DNA of 64,000 nucleotides from Basidiobolus ranarum (Eukaryota): NCBI GenBank assembly GCA_040143965.1, contig JASJQH010006879.1, positions 1 to 64,000 of the forward strand, read 5' to 3'. Shown piece by piece: positions 63,331 to 64,000 of this stretch (position 1 is its first letter; each line of letters starts with the position of its first letter). The notes under the pieces were generated by a model. It saw only the letters and a program-made list of their open reading frames with translations, ran no database searches and was not told where the DNA came from. The position numbers and the translations under genes were made by a program.

Positions 63331-64000
63331 TCAGTAGGAGCCTAACTCGAAGTTAGTCACTTGGGGCAAGTAAGCACAGGCACTCAAATCCAAGATGTAA
63401 ACTTCATCATAAACATGCTGCCCATCATATCCACCGTACATGAACAGCCTAGAATCGTACAATACTGCGGTGTGATAACCTCTGCCTGTAGGTGGCATTC
63501 CGTAGATTTTCCGAGTTTCCCAATTCATGGTCACTGAAAATTCATGTAAATCTGAGATTCGTGCTACCAGGAGAACAGGTCATGCAAAGTGAAAAGTTAC
63601 CTAGATTCAGTAAAAGTACATCCTGTACATATTTATCACCATCATGTCCTCCGATTACAAATATATATGAGCCAACTTGAGTAGCCGTGTGGGAAAGTCT
63701 GGGAACACGCTCACTCAACTTTACTCGTTGCCATGTGTGTGTCTCTTGAAAGGTGTGTCAGTTAGTGTGAAGTTGAATTGAGAATAAACCAGCTTACCAA
63801 TGTCTAAGACATGAGCTTCACTAAAGCATTCGTGACCATCTGATCCGCCGTATATTAGAAGTTTGTTTTCAACCAGCGTACCAGTGTGATACCCCCTAGG
63901 GATCGGTGGCTTTCCTTTAACTTCAACGGGATACCACGTAAGTTTGCTTATATCCGCTGATTAAATGTGTTACTGAGAGGTCTGAGAAGTGCATCAGCAG
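63331..64000 (-). CDS. Kelch-repeat protein, 3' part (runs off the window)
   Basis: Repeats PRGYHTGTLV..IYGGSDG, PRLSHTATQVGSYIFVIGGHDG and GRGYHTAVLYDSRLFMYGGYDG. Confidence 0.85.

Overview
AT-rich, intron-dense eukaryotic DNA with short GT-AG introns and CTAA[CT] branch points. It is most consistent with an early-diverging fungus (Zoopagomycota/Mucoromycota-like; this is inferred, not proven). The window holds about 30 protein-coding genes, including a Cid1-type TUTase, a LETM1-like gene, CDC42, gamma-tubulin, HOP1, SEC24, ALDH, PUS3, UBC12 and MET22. Highlights: (1) a full-length NELF-A (negative elongation factor A) orthologue, a Pol II pausing factor absent from model yeasts; (2) a ~5.3-kb tandem duplication joined at an AATGC microhomology, carrying NELF-A, a GOLD-7TM gene and part of URA4, with uneven decay of the copies; (3) an ornithine decarboxylase antizyme gene with a UUU-UGA +1 frameshift site followed by a predicted H-type pseudoknot; (4) an F-box/ZnF-UBP/DUSP fusion with no protease domain; (5) a bacterial Lnt-like N-acyltransferase; (6) three tandem PAT-only mini-perilipins; (7) telomere-like CCCTAA motifs with consistent orientation between head-to-tail genes. 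Exon boundaries were read by eye and family calls are from motif recognition, with no database searches.
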